Assembly: GCF_036365525.1 (NCBI RefSeq)
Contig: NC_090387.1
Coordinates: forward strand, 90,065,691-90,129,690
Direction of reading: 5' to 3'
DNA length: 64,000 bases
Source of the DNA: Heterodontus francisci
Taxonomy: Eukaryota
Position 1 is the stretch's first letter, and each line of letters begins with the position of its first letter. Of this stretch, positions 13,786 through 27,465 are shown piece after piece. The notes under the pieces are model-generated. The model ran no database searches and had not been told where the DNA came from. It was given only the letters and a program-made list of their open reading frames with translations. The translations under genes were made by a program, and so were the position numbers.

Positions 13786-15205
13786 CTCTCTCAACTCCTC
13801 CATTTTCACTAAAATATCAGACTGCTTGTCCGACATCTGCTGCCAGATGAGTAGAAATGTCCTTGCTTTAAATATTTGGAGGAGCAAAGCCATTGCCTTC
13901 GGTTCCTATTGAAAACTGCATTCACGAGTTGCCAACTCCATCACTCTCCCTGGCAATTCTATGAGGTTGAACCAGACTGATCACAAACTTGGCGTCACGT
14001 TGGACCCCGGATGAGCATCTGACCAGATACCTGTGACATCACTAAGAACGCTTATTCCTATAACACTGCCGTCCTTGTCCCTATCTCAGCTCATCTGCTG
14101 CTGAAACACTTATCAGTGCCTTTGTTACCTCTAGATCAGTAGTTTGCAAATTTGTTATTCATATACCACTTAGGCAGGGCTAAAGCCCCCACGGACCACC
14201 TATTGTTCCTACCCCACCTGCTATTGCTTGCCACTCAAAAAATCTCATCATAATTAAGGGAAGAATGACCCTGCATCTGATGAGACACCAATGAGGTGCT
14301 ATCTGGTTCCAAGCTGGAGAACTTCAGTCTCATGTCAGGCTTCACGTTCAGCCCGTTCCTCTTCTTTGTTTTCAGCCCCACAAGTTTTGAAAATCTGATA
14401 TTGCAGTTATATGTTGTAATGGTGACATAAATCTTGCTTATAGAACTGCATAATTGTTGCTTGCACTTAAGATGCGGTGCACACGGAAACCAGTCTTGTT
14501 TGTGCGATTTCAAGCGGGTGGCGGGGATGATGTTTCTGGCCTATTCTTTCCTATGGCCTCGGCTGTGGCATTGTTCCTCAGTGATTTGCATTGTGGACTA
14601 TCCCGCCGACCACCTGGAGGACCCTCATGGACCTCTTTGAGAACCATAGCTCTAGATTTGACAATTACAATGTGTTTCTGGCCAGTCTACCGCATACTAC
14701 TCTCTGTAAACTTGAGGTCATTCAAAATTCCTCTACCTGTGCCATTACTCATGCCACGTCCATTCATCCTTCACCACTGTGCTTGCTGACCTACATTGCT
14801 TCCTGGTTAAGCAATGCCTCAATTTTAAAATTCTAATCCTTATTTTCAAATGGCTCGAAGGCCACGCCCCTCCCTATCTCTGTAATCTCCTCCAGCCCCA
14901 CAACCCTTCGAGGTACCTGCGCTTATCTAATTCACGCCTCTTGTAGTTTCTCCATCATTGGTGGCCTTTAGCTGCCTAGGCCCGAAGCTCTGGAACTCCC
15001 TCCCTAAACCTCTCCGCCTCTCTACTTCTCGTTCCTCGTTTGAGACGCTCCTTAAAATTTATCTCTTCGTTTCTTTTTATCGCCTGCCCTAATTTCACCT
15101 GATGTGGCTCAGCGTCAATTTTTGTTTGATATATTTCTTGTGAAGTGCCTTGGAATGTTTTATTACGTTAAAGGCGCTATATAAATAGAGGTTGTCTTTG
15201 TTGTT
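13786..15205 (+). mobile_element. L2 LINE 3' fragment interrupted by a hAT element
   Basis: L2 ORF2-type sequence (gcctttgttacctctaga..ttgac; KLEVIQNS) resumes across the insertion; tail aaaggcgctatataaata..(ttg)n. Confidence 0.75.
14137..14649 (-). mobile_element. Non-autonomous hAT (Charlie/Buster-like) deletion derivative
   Basis: 8-bp TSD ctctagat (14129-14136, 14650-14657), degenerate CAGTGGTT-type TIRs, transposase C-terminal peptide KTKKRNGLNVKPDMRLKFSSLEPD. Confidence 0.85.
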
Positions 15206-15436
15206 GTCAAAGAGGATTATAGATGTAAAAACGTTCCCGACTTCGTCAAGGGGAGCACAGACCTGCTACATAATTAGCGGGTTGCAGATAGCCCGAATAG
15301 AAATGTCACCACTCCGAAGACTCGACATGCAACAGATATTTTTATCTACTTGAGTGAAGGGGTTAAGGAGTGTATGTTTTACTGTCAGTGTTCACGGCTA
15401 GATACGACTTAATCTGACCTTTTATCAAAACTGTGA

Positions 15437-15784
15437 TGTGGTTTCTGTTTTACTGAAACCTGTTGCACAACTTCTATGTTGTTTATTGCTGTTTACGTGT
15501 AGTTGAGAAAGCGATTCTTAGCACCTCTCAGGCATCAAATACTGAGTTTATTACAACATAATGGAAACAATTCTTGTGGTTATCAACTGAAACTATTATA
15601 CGCAATCTCTAAATATAAACTTGACAACTGATTTGTGTTCATACATCAGGAGAATGTTAACTCTACCCGACTTCAATTGATTTATTTTAATGGCTGCAAC
15701 CACGCACATGAACCATTGGGTCTGCTTGGTGGCAGAGCTAGATTCCAAGGAAGGAGAAGGAATACTGAGGATACCTGTGTGGTT
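15437..15784 (+). promoter_or_regulatory. Cluster of three RUNX consensus sites (TGTGGTT); candidate promoter/enhancer
   Basis: TGTGGTT at 15437, 15575 and 15778 in sequence with no recognisable TE, next to a candidate first exon. Confidence 0.4.
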
Positions 15785-15843
15785 ATTTAATTGCAGGATT
15801 TTCACTAAACTTCTCATACTCTATGAACGTCAATACACACAAG
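15690..15843 (+). CDS. Candidate distal leader exon of gene B (…RIFTKLLILYERQYTQ, phase 1)
   Basis: Open frame from ATG 15690/15708 to a strong donor AAG|gtaacc. The phase matches the V exon. Confidence 0.35.
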
Positions 15844-16499
15844 GTAACCTTTATTTTGTGTGATTGTATAAAACAGGTGATATCAAACCGGAGGCCAATT
15901 TCTCAGTTCCATGGCAGCAATCGTTCTGTACCGTCACACCTGGAGTAGTTTTAAGCTTGTGCAATAATCCAAAATGAGCGAAATGAAATTAGCCGTTCTC
16001 CATCCACCACGCCCATTCCTTTCACGAAGGTAAATCGATCAAGACGTCTAATGAGCGGTCATTTCAATGTGGCTAATTTTACACCATAGCCCAAAGTTAA
16101 AACTACCTCCCATAGAAGTGGTGCCCTAAATGGAATGTGAGCTTTGTTCATCTTTACTTTCTCTGCCTCTTGTGGGCCGATTTCCCGTTTGAGGGGGAAA
16201 AAGCTGGGAATACTCATCGTCTGCAGAGAGAGGAAAACAAGGTTATGGTTTCAGGTCGTTAACCTTTCAGCAGAACTGGCAAACGTTAGAGATGAAACAA
16301 GTTTCAAAATTTGAATGTAAATCAGTTTGAGAGCAGTGGCAGGTATTTGAGGAGGAGACAGTAGATTCAAAATAAATAATTTCAGAGGAAGAAAAAGGCT
16401 GATGCTCTCATATCTAGACACCACCTCCACCCCCCACCCCACCCCCCGCCCCCCCCCCCCCCCACTCGCCACCCCCGTTCCCCCCTCCCGTACCCCTCC

Positions 16500-16965
16500 C
16501 AGGATGTCAAAGAGCAGATAGAGGGAAACTCATATCAGTTTACTGAGGGCTCAATACTGTAGGAAGCCTAGAGGAGGCTAGAAAGTGCAGGGAGGAAATT
16601 AAAAAGGAAATTAGGAAAGCAAAGAAAGATCATGAAAAATCAATTGCAAGTAAAACCAAGGATAACCCAAAAATCTTTCATGAATACTTAATAATCAACA
16701 GGATAACTAAAGAAAGACGAGGGCCAGTTACAGACTAATCGAGTAACTAATGCGTGGAGGTGGGAATCGTGGACATCCTTCTTACTGAATACTTTGCGTC
16801 AGGTTTTACAAAAAGTGCGGCAATGTAGTCATTCTGGTTAAAGAGAAGTGTAAAATATTCGATGGTATAAACATAGTGAGAGAGTAAATATTGAGTGGTT
16901 CAGCATCTTTGAAAGTGGATAAATTATCAGTCCCGAATGAAATGTATCCCAGGCTATCAAGAGGA
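16500..16965 (+). mobile_element. CR1 ORF2 internal fragment
   Basis: aaggaaattaggaaagcaaag..ccaaaaatctt..gaatactttgcgtc..gataaa..gatgaaatgtatcccagg-like sequence, matching other CR1 copies here. Confidence 0.65.
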
Positions 16966-16989
16966 AAATCGAATTGTCTGAAGACTTGC

Positions 16990-19900
16990 ATCATTGATGC
17001 TGGGGACCTCCGGTGGTGACCGACATAATCTTCCATTCGGCACTGCTGGCTGAAAGCGATTGCAAATGCTTCAGTCGTGTCATTTGCAATGATGTGCTGG
17101 GCATGCCCAACATTGAGGGCGGGGTGCTTTTGGAGCCCCTATCTCCCGTTATTTGTTTAACTATCCACCACCATTCACGAGTGGATGTGGAAGGACTGCA
17201 GAGCTTTCTCCTGATCCGTTGGTTGTGGATCACTTAGGTACGTCTTCACATGTTGTTTTCGCTATTTAACACGCAGGTAATCCTATGCTGCAGCTTCACC
17301 AGGTTGGCATATCATTTTTAGTTATGGCTGGTGAAGCTGCTGGTATGCTCTCCTACACTCCTCATTGAACCATGGTTGATCCCCAGGCTTAATGTTTATG
17401 GTGAAGAGAGGGAAATGCCGGGCTTTGAGGTTGCAGATTTTCATTGAATATAATTCTGCAATGGCTGATGGCCTACAATGCATCATGGGTGTCCCGTCAT
17501 GAACTGCTAGATATGTCCTGTGTCTATCCCATTTAGTACAACGATTAGTAGCACACAGCATGATGGAGAGTATTTTCAGTATGAAGACGGGACTTTATCT
17601 CTCCAGAAACTATGTGGTGGTCACTCCTATCAACACTAGCATGGACAGATGCATCTGTGACAAGTAGATTGGTGTGGATGAGGCCAAGTAACTTTCCCCC
17701 TTGTGTTGGTTCACTCATCACCTGCTGCAGGCCCAGTCTCGAGTTATGTCCTTCAGGAATCAGCCGCCTCCGTCAGTAAGGGTGCTACTCAGCACTCTTG
17801 GTTATGGACATTGAAAGCCCCTGCCCAGAGCGCATTCTGTGCCCTCGCTACCCTCAGTGTTTCTTCCAAGTTCAACATGAAAGAACATTGATTCATTAGC
17901 TGAAGGTGGGTGGTATTTCTTTATTCGTTCTTGGGATGTGAACGTTGCTGGCAAGGCCAGTAATTATTGGCCATTACTAATTGCCCTTGATAAGATGGTG
18001 GTGAGCTGCATTCGTGAAGCTCTGCAGTCCATGTGGTGTAGGTAGACAAACAGTGCAGTTAGGGAGGGAGTTCCAGGATTTTGACCAAACAACAAAGAAG
18101 GAATAGCGATATAGTTCCAAGTCAGGATGGTGTCTGATTTGGATGGCAACTTCAAAGTAGTGGTGTTCCTGTGTATTTGTTGTCCTCGTTCTTCTAGGTG
18201 ATAGAGGTCATGAGTTCAGAAGGTGCTGTCAAAGGAGCCTAGGCGAGTTGTTGCTGCGCATTTGTAGATGGTACACACTACTGACACTGTGTGCCAGTTG
18301 TGGAAGGAGTAAAGGTTTAAGGTGGTGGATTGGCTGTCGATGAAGGAGGCTCATTGTCTTGGATGGTGTCGAGCTTCTTGAGTGTCTTTGGAGCTGCACA
18401 CATCCAGGCAAGTGGAGAATATTCCATCACACTCCTGACTTGTGCCTTGTCGATGATGGACATGCTTTCTGGAATGAGGAGATGAGTTAAATGCCACAGA
18501 ATTCCTAGCCTCTGCCGTGTTATTGTTGTCATCGTATTTGAAACGCTTCTCCAGTTAAATTTCTGGTGAATTGTAACCACCAGGACGTTGATGATGGGGG
18601 TTTAGTGACGGTAATACCATTGAATGCCAAGGGGCTATGACAGATTCACTCTTGTGGGAGATGGTCAATGCCTGATACATGTGTGGTGTGAATGTTACTT
18701 GCCACTTATGAGTTCAAGCCTGAATGTTGTCCAAGTGTTGCTGCATGTGGGCAGGGATTGCTTCAGTAACTTTAATTGCAAATGGTACAGAGCACGGTGT
18801 AATCATCCCCTGTTTGCAACTTATATTGGATGGAAGGTTATTGATGAAGCATCTGAAGGGATTGGGCTTAGGGCACTAATTTGAGAACTCCTGCAGGGAT
18901 GTCCTGCGACTGTAATCAGCAGGAGGTTTCCTTGCCCATGTTTGACCTCGTGCCATAAGACGTCATTCTGGCTGGAGTCAATGTTGAGGACTCCCAATGT
19001 CACACTCTCCTGATTGTATACCACTGTGCTGTCACCTCTGGTGCATCTCTCCTGCCAGCAGGACAGGGCATTTCCAGGGATGGCGATGGCGAAGTGTAGG
19101 ACATTGGCAGTAAAGTATGATTCGGTGAGTCTGACTACATCAGACTGTCACTTGACTCGTTTGTAGGGCAGCTCTCCCAGTTTTGGCACAAGTACACAGC
19201 TGTTAGTGTGAAGGATTTTACAGTGTTGACTTGGCAGGGTGTTCCTTTGTCCCTTCCTGTGCCTGTGTCCACGTCGGGTGATCTGTCCAGTTTTGCTTTT
19301 ATTCAACTTTTCTGTCGCTGTTTAATACAACTGAATGGCTTGCTTGGTCATTTCGAGGGCATTTATGAGTCAACCAGAAAGTTGTGGTGCTGGAGTCACG
19401 TCCAGACCAAACCAGATAAAGATCGCAGGTTTCCTCTCCTGTAGGACATTAGTGAACCTGATGGCTTTTTATGGCAATGCAATAATTTCATGATCATTAA
19501 TAATGCACCGAGCATTTTATTCCAGATTTACCAATAAATTGATTTTAAGTTCCTCCAGCCGCCGTGGTGGAATTTGAACTCATTTCTCCATAGCATTAGG
19601 CCTAATTTCTGGATTTCTAATCCAGTAGCATTACTACCATGTTAACGACCCCCAATGCCACTATCTGAATTTCTCCAAAAATGTCTGAACGCATTGGATG
19701 CAGCAAAGGATATCGGCTCGGATAACATCTGGACTGTAGTACTGAAGAAATGTGCTCCAGAACGAGTTGCGCACTTAGCAAAGCTCTTCCAGTATGGCTG
19801 CAATGCTGCAATCTACCCGACGATGTGGAAAATTTCCCAGGTATGCTTAGTCCGCAAACATCAGGACAAATTCAATATGACCAATTAGAGCCACATCTGT

Positions 19901-20960
19901 CCACTCTCAATCATCAACAATGTAATGGAAGGTGCCATTCACAGTGTTATCAAGCAGCACTTGCTCAGCAACAGCCTGCTCTACAATGCTTAGTTTGCGT
20001 TATGCCAGCCCCAGATAGCTCCAGATCTCATTAAAGCCTTGGTCCAAATATGGAAAAAAGAGCTGAATTCCAGAGGTGAGGTTTGAGTGGCTGCCCTTGT
20101 CATCAAGGAATCTTTTGAGCGAATGTAGCATCAAGGATTCTTCACAACTTTGAAGTCAATGAAAATCCTGGTTGCCGTTATTGGAGGCCAATTATGTCAG
20201 CCCCAGGACATAGCTGCAGGCGATCCTTACGGTAGTGTCCTACACTTCAGCTACCTATCTGAGAGCAGTAATTGTAATACAAGATAATCACGGTTTAATT
20301 TAATAATAATTGTTTAAACGATTAATTTACAGATACACTTTTCTAAGGATAGGACACTGTCCTAGGTCCAATCATATTCAGCTGCTTCTTCAATTACCTT
20401 TCCTCCATCATAAGGTCAAAAGTGGGATGTTTTCTGATGATTGCAATGTTCACTGCCATTCGCAACTCCTCAGATACTGAAGCAGTCTGGGGTCACAACA
20501 AGACCTGGACAGCACACAGACTTGGGCTGATAAGTGGCAAATAACATCCGGGTCACAAAATACCAGACAACCAACTACTTCAATCAGAGAGAAACTAACC
20601 ATATCCCTTTGATATTCAATGGCATTACTATCACTGAGATCCCACAATCAACAACCTGAATGTCACCATTAACCATAATATTAGCTGGAGCAGCCAAGTA
20701 AATACTGTGGCTACAATGGCAGGTTAGCGGTTGGACCTAGGACACTACCGGGAGGAACTGCTGCAGCAATGCCCTGGGACTGAAAGGACTGGCCTCCAAC
20801 AACCACAACCATCTTCCTTTGTGCCAGGTATGACTCCAACCAGTGGAGAGTTTCCCCCCTTGATACCTATGAACTTCAATTTTGCAAGGGCTCCTTGATT
20901 CCACATTCGGTCAAATGCTGCATTGATGTCAAGGTCAGTCACTCTTACCTCACCTACATT
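16990..20960. mobile_element. Nest of L2/CR1-group LINE fragments (- 16990-19600, + 19640-20740, - 20740-20960)
   Basis: KPGDQPWFNEECRRA, KAQVRSVMEYSPLAW, CAPE..LAKLFQY..YPTMWKI and DINAAFDRMW peptides. Confidence 0.8.
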
Positions 20961-21989
20961 CATACGAACATACGAATTAGGAGCAGATGTCGGCCATTCA
21001 ACCCCTCATGCATGCTCCACCATTCAATAAGATCATGGCTGTTCTGTTTGTGTTTCGAATTCCACACTCCCATCTACCCCGATAACCTTTGACGACCTTG
21101 CCTAACACGAATCTATCTACCTCCGCCTTAAAAATATTCAATGACCCCGCCTCCCCCAACCTTCTGAGGCAGAGAGTTCCAAAACCGCACAACCATTTAA
21201 GAGAAAAATAATCTCCTCATTTCTGTCCTAAAAGGGCGGACCCGTAATTTTAAAACAATGCCCCCTAGGACTCACCCACAAAAAGAAACATCCTCTTCAC
21301 ATCCGCCTTGTCAAAACCGTTCAGGAGCGTATATACTTCAAATAAGTCTCCCCACACTCTTCTAAACTCCAATGGAAACAAGCCCAGTCTGTCCAACCTT
21401 TTCTCATAAGACAATCTGATCATTCCAGGTATCAATCGACTAAACCTCCTGTGAACCGCCTCCAACACATTTACATCTTTCCTTAAATATGGAGACCAAA
21501 ACTGCACACAGTATTTGAGATGTGGTCTCACCAATGACATGTATAATTGAAGCAAATAATCCTTTTTTTAAAATTATTTTGAATTCCTCGCATTATAAAG
21601 GATTGTTATCCATAAAGCATTCCATTAGCCTTTTTTATTAATTGCCGTACCTGCAGACTAACTTTTTGTGACTCATGCACTGGAGCACCTCGATCCCTCT
21701 ACACCTCGGAATTCTCCAGTCGTTGCCCATTTAAGTAACGCTCTGTTTTCTTTTCTTCCTCCCAAAGTGAACAACTTCACATTTTCCCACATTATTCTGC
21801 ATCTACCAGATTTGTGCCCACTCACGCAACCTATCTATATACCTACCTACAACCTCCTTATGTCCTCATTACAACACACTTATCTTTGGGTTTTCTGCAA
21901 AATTAGCGACCATGCAATTGCTCCCCTCATCTAAGTCATTGACATAAATTGTAAAAAGTTGAGTGCCCAGCACAGACCCCTGCAGGACT

Positions 21990-22235
21990 GCGTGGGTTTC
22001 CTCCGGGTGCTCCGGTTTCCTCCCACAGCCAAAAGACTTGCAGGTTGATAGGTAAAGTGGCCATTACAAATTGCCCCTAGTATAGGTAGGTGGTAGGGGA
22101 ATATAGGGACAGGTGAGGATGTGGAAGGAATATGGGATTAGGGTAGGATTTGTATAAATGGGTGGTTAATGGTCGGCACAGACTCGGTGGGCCGAAGGGC
22201 CTGTTTCAGTGCTGTATATCTAAATCAAATCAAAT
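21990..22235 (+). mobile_element. 5'-truncated HE1-like V-SINE
   Basis: gggtttcctccgggtgctccggtttcctcccaca V-domain and gggccgaagggcctgtttcagtgctgta tail. Confidence 0.85.
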
Positions 22236-25200
22236 CTAAATATACCACAAACAGCATGGGACCCAACATTGAGCCCTGTGGAACGCCACTGGAAACGGCT
22301 TTCCATTCACAAAAACATCCATCGACTTCTACCCTTTGTTTCCTGTCACTGAGCCAATTTTGGATCCAACCTGCCACATTCCCCTGCATCCCATGGGCTT
22401 TCATTCTACTGACCAGTCTGTCATGCGGGACCTTGTCAAATGCCTTACTAAAATCCATGTAGACCACATCCACTGCACTACCCTCATCAATCCTCTTGTC
22501 ACTTCCTCAAAGAATTCAATTAAGTTAGTAAGACTTCACCTTCCCTTAACAAATCCACACTGACTATCCCTGATCAGCCCGTGCCTTTACAAGTGGCAAT
22601 TTATCCTGCCCCTCAGAATTGATTCTAATAATTTACCCACCACAGAGATCAGACTGACCGGCCTATAATTATTTGGCCCATCCCTCGCACCCTTTTTAAA
22701 CAATGGTATAACGTTCACAGATCTCCAATCCTCTGGCACCTCTCCCGTACCCAGTGAGGATTTGAAGATGATCCTCAGTGCATCTGTTATTTCCTCCCTG
22801 GCTTCCTTTAACAACCTGGGATGCAATCCATCCAGCCTTGGTGATTTATCCAATTTCAAGGATGGCAGACCCTCCAGTACTTCCTTTCTCATTATGCAAA
22901 TCGTATCTAATATTTCACATTCCTCCACTTTTACTAAAATGTCTGCATCATCCTTCTCCTTTGTGAAGATAGAGACAAAAAAACTCATTAAGAACCCTGC
23001 CCACATCATCTGCTTCCACGTGTAAGTTCCCTTGTACATCTCTGATAGGCCCTAAACTTTCCTTAGTTATCCTGCTACTCATAATGTACTGATACGACAT
23101 CTTTGGGTTTTCCTTGATTTTACCAGCCAATATTTTTCATAAGCTCTCTTTGCTTTTCTATTTCCTTTTTATTTCACCCCTGCACTTTCTATACTCCTCC
23201 AGGCTTTCTAAAGTATTGATCGTCATAAGCTTTCTTTTTTACTGCTTCACAATACCCTGTAAGCCTCTAGATAACCAGAAGGCTCCAGATTTGACCGTAC
23301 CACTCTTTATCTTTCTGGGGCATGCCTACACTGTGCCTGTAGAATCTCGCCTCCCACTAGTTGGCAATGATTTTACTTCCAGTAGCTGTATCCAGTCCAC
23401 ATTCGCCAGATTGACTCTCAGTTTTGTAAAATTTGCCTTCCCCCAATATAAAACTTTAACTCCTGTCTTATTTTTGCCCTTTTCCATGATTATACAAAAT
23501 CTAACTGTATTATGATCGCCATCTCCAAAATGATCACCCATTGCTACTTCATCTACTTGCCCAACTTCATTACCGAAGACTAAGTTTAGAATTGCGCCCC
23601 CTCTCGCTGGGCTTGTGACGTGCTGGCTAAAAATGTTCTGTTGAATGCAATTCAAGAATTTTCTGCCCTCTGTGCCCTTCACACTGTTTGTTTCCCAGTT
23701 GATATGAGGTTGTTGAATCCAACTATTATTGCCCTACAGTTTGTAAACTCTGCAATTTGCCTACATATGTGTTCCTCTATTTCCCCCTCACTATTTGGGG
23801 GTCTATAGTACACTATAGTACTCGCTGCCCCTTTTTTATTTCTGATCTCCACCCATATAGCGTCATTTGATGATTCATTTAGCGTACCACCCCTCTTCAC
23901 AGCTGTTATTGATTCCTCAACTAATAATGCTACACCCCCTCCTTTTTAACCCCTCTCTATCTCGCCTGAAAACTCTGTTTCCAGGGATGTTGAGCTGTCA
24001 TTCTTGCCCCCACTTTAAGCCAAGTTTCTGTTATAGCAACAATATCGTGTTGCCATGTGTCGATCTGTGCCTTCACCTCATCAGCTTGATTTACTGTACT
24101 CATTGCATTTAAATAAATGCCTTTTAACACTGCCAAATTCCTGTGCTGCACACTTTTTAACATTTGCTTCTTCTGCCTTTCTGACCCACTCGCTAATTTT
24201 CTGCCATCCATTCCCTGGCCTGAAATCCTTGTCATCCTACAGCCACCTCCCCGTAATGGCTATCAGATCATATTTATTTACTTCAATGTGAACTATGAGT
24301 TTGTCTACTTTGTTAAAAATGCTTCATGCATTCAGATACAGACACATCAGCTTTGTCTTTTTGTTGTTGTTGTAACATCTAGTCTCGACTGTTGGTTTAT
24401 TCTTAGATTTTTTCGCTCTGTCCCTTCCTGCCATTCTTGACCTTCATTTCCCATATTACCATTTGTTGCCCTGCCGTGACTCTATCCCTTGAATTTCTAC
24501 ATTTACCCAAACTTGTTCTCTCCCCACACTTCCCCTGTTTCGTTTAAAGCCCTCTCTACTGCCCTAGTTGTACGGTTTGCTTGAACACTGGTCCCAGCAC
24601 AGTTCAGGTGAAGTCTGTCACAACGGTATAACCCCCATTTTCCCCAGTACTGGTGCCAGTGCCTCACGAAGCAAAACCCACTTCTCCCATACCAGTCTTT
24701 GAGTCATGTAATAATTTCACTAATCTTATGTGTCCTCTACCAATTGGCACATGGCTCAGGTAATAATCTAAAGATTATTGCTCTTGAGGTTCTGCTCTTC
24801 AATTTGGTGGCTAGCTCTTTATACTGTCTAAGAAGAAGCTCTTTTCTCGTCCTACCTATGTCGTTGATACCTACATGGACCAGAACAACTGGATCCTCCT
24901 CGTCCCACTCCTAGTTCCTGCCCATCCCTGAGCAGATGTCCCGAACCCTGGCACCAGGCAGATAACACCGCCTTCTGGACTCGTGCTCTCGGCTGCACAG
25001 AACAATGCCAATCCCCCTCACTATACTATCCCCTAATTTTTTATTCATGGGATGTGGGCGTCTCTGACTAGGCCAGCATTTATTGTCCATCCCTAATTGT
25101 CCTTGAACTGAATTGCTTGCTAGGCCATTTCAGAGGCCACTTATGAGTCAACCACATTGCTGCGGGTCTGGAGTCATATGTAGGCCAGATCAGGTAAGAA

Positions 25201-25694
25201 AGGCAGATTTCCTTCCCTAAAGGACATTAATGAGCCAGATGTGCTTTTGGAACATTCGACAATTGTTTCATGGTCACCATTAGACCAGCTTCTTAATTAC
25301 AGATTTATTAATTGAATTCAAATTTCACCATGTGCCATGGTGGGATTCGAACCCATGCCCCCAGGGACCTCTGAATTACTAATCTAGCGACATTACCACT
25401 GCGATCCTGTCGCTCCTACTGCGACATTCATTTTTGCTCCCCCTACTTGAATGGCTTCCTGTGCCACAGTTCGTCTGCTCATCCAACTTGCAGACCTCGC
25501 TTTCATCCACATAGGTTGAGAGCGCCTCAAACCTGTTTGACAATTGCAAAGTCTGAGGCTCCCCCACTACTGTCTGTCTGGTCCCTTTACCTGCCTCACT
25601 CATTGTCACATCCTCACTGCTGACCAAAACAGATAACCATCTTCTGGAACAAAGTGCCCAGGTATTTCTCCCCTCCCTTATGTTGCACAGTGAT

Positions 25695-26020
25695 TGGATT
25701 AGAGATACAGCACTGAAACAGGCCCTTCGGCCCACCGAGTCTGTGCTGACCATCAACCCCCCATTTATACTAATCCTACATTCCTACCAAACATCCCCAC
25801 CTGTCCCTATACTTCCCTACCACCTACCTATACTAGTGACAATTTATAATGGCCAATTTACCTATCAACCTGCAAGTCTTTTGGGTTGTGGGAGGAAACC
25901 GGAGCACCCAGAGAAAACCCACGCAGACACAGGGAGAACTTGCAAACTCCACTCAGGCAGTACCCAGAATCGAACCCGGGTCCCTGGAACTGTGAGGCTG
26001 CAGTGCTAACCACTGCGCCG
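25695..26020 (-). mobile_element. HE1-like V-SINE
   Basis: Reverse complement of the 29101 copy, including the tRNA-like head. Confidence 0.85.
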
Positions 26021-27429
26021 CTTGCAGTTCGCCTTCCAGATCAATAATCTTGATCCAGAATTCCTCTAGCTGCTTACACTTTCTGCAGGCGTGGTTGTTC
26101 TGGATCACCTTTGGCATCCAAATGTTCCCACATGCCATAGCTTCAACATAAGACCTTTTATGTCATTGCTCTTTATGCTATTAGTTAATTTCCTTCAATT
26201 ACTTTCTTAATTAACTTTAAATAATTCCTATGTATCGTAGAATTTACTGTGCTTATTAAATGCTGCTACCACCTACAACTAAAGTACACTTTTCTGAACC
26301 ACAGCTCTGGTCCATGTTTGGACTAAAGCTGCAATGAGGTCAGGAGCTGAGTGGCCCTGGTGGAATCAAAACTGAGCGTCAGTGAGCAGGTTGTTGCTGA
26401 GCAAGTGTCACTTGATAGCACAGTCGATGACAGCTTCCATCACTTTGCTGATGATCGAGAAGAGGTTGATGGGACAGATTGGATATCTCCTTTTTTTTGT
26501 GGATAAGACATACTTGGGCAATTTTCCACATTGTCGCGTAGATTCCAGTGTTGTAACTGTACTGGAACAGCGTGGCTAGGGGTGCAGCTAGTTCTGGAGC
26601 ACAGGTTTGCAGGCCTACAGGCCAGAGGTTGTCAGAGTCCAGAGCCTTTGCAGTATCCAGTGCATTCAGCTTTTGGTCCTTATGTTATGACACTTCATGT
26701 CATTTTCGGCGCTGAAAAGTGCCCAGTCTACCTCAAATTACCCTGGAAGTTAATGCATCCCAAAAATCTGAGTAATAGGTGAATCTAGCTGTTTCACGTT
26801 GCTATTATGCAGTAGTAACATGGGTGGTGTTCGCCACTAACAGGATGCTGCCGTGAAGCCAAAATGATGTCCTGCCTATTACACAAATCAGTAATGTGAT
26901 ATATTAATTTCAATGCCAGTGTGATGCTAGGTATATAGGCCATGCCTCCCATAAAAAACTGGCGGATCTTATCAAACCACATGTGCCTTCCACTGTTCAC
27001 AATAGGCAAGGTACAGGCTAAATAATTCTCAGTGTGCTAAGAATTATGCTGACAACCAACTTAAGATTGTCAGCAAGGCTCACAGTGTGGCGCATTTGCA
27101 GGTACTGGAAGTACATGTATTAATACATGGGGCCCCGTTCTTTGCAGACAGAAAGAACATATACAAACATTGCGCTTGTATCAGCTAAATGAAATAAGTG
27201 ACAGTCATTCGCTAGTTCATTCCTCAGGGCAATGCCTTGACCAATCAGAGTCAAACTGCCTCGTTTAAATTTTAAACAAAACTTGGCAGTTAACTGTCAG
27301 TCACTGTAAGCTGGTGCATTCTTCAGGGCAACGCCTCTATCAATCAGAGTTCACTTGCCAACCAATCAGCACTCTCTCCTCATACCGTATAAAGTCGTTG
27401 TTTGCCCTTACATTGGTTATTCTTGTGGA

Positions 27430-27465
27430 TTGTCCTGATGAGTGTAAGATGGAAAGCATCGACAA
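27430..27465 (+). ncRNA. Minimal type-I hammerhead ribozyme motif (Penelope-type)
   Basis: Stem I ttgtc/gacaa, core CTGATGA (27435-27441), GAAA, near-palindromic stem III, NUH = ATC at 27458-27460. Stem II is weak. Confidence 0.55.

Larger units (their letters stand above)
20965..26140 (-). mobile_element. Long decayed CR1 LINE inserted into the L2-group element, which resumes at about 26300-26670
   Basis: DFSKAFDKVPH..GVPQGSMLGP (RT), VPEDWR.VNV.PLFKK, YLNA.S..N..DIVAITETWL (APE), CRKC zinc-finger ORF1 remnant near 26100. Confidence 0.88.
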
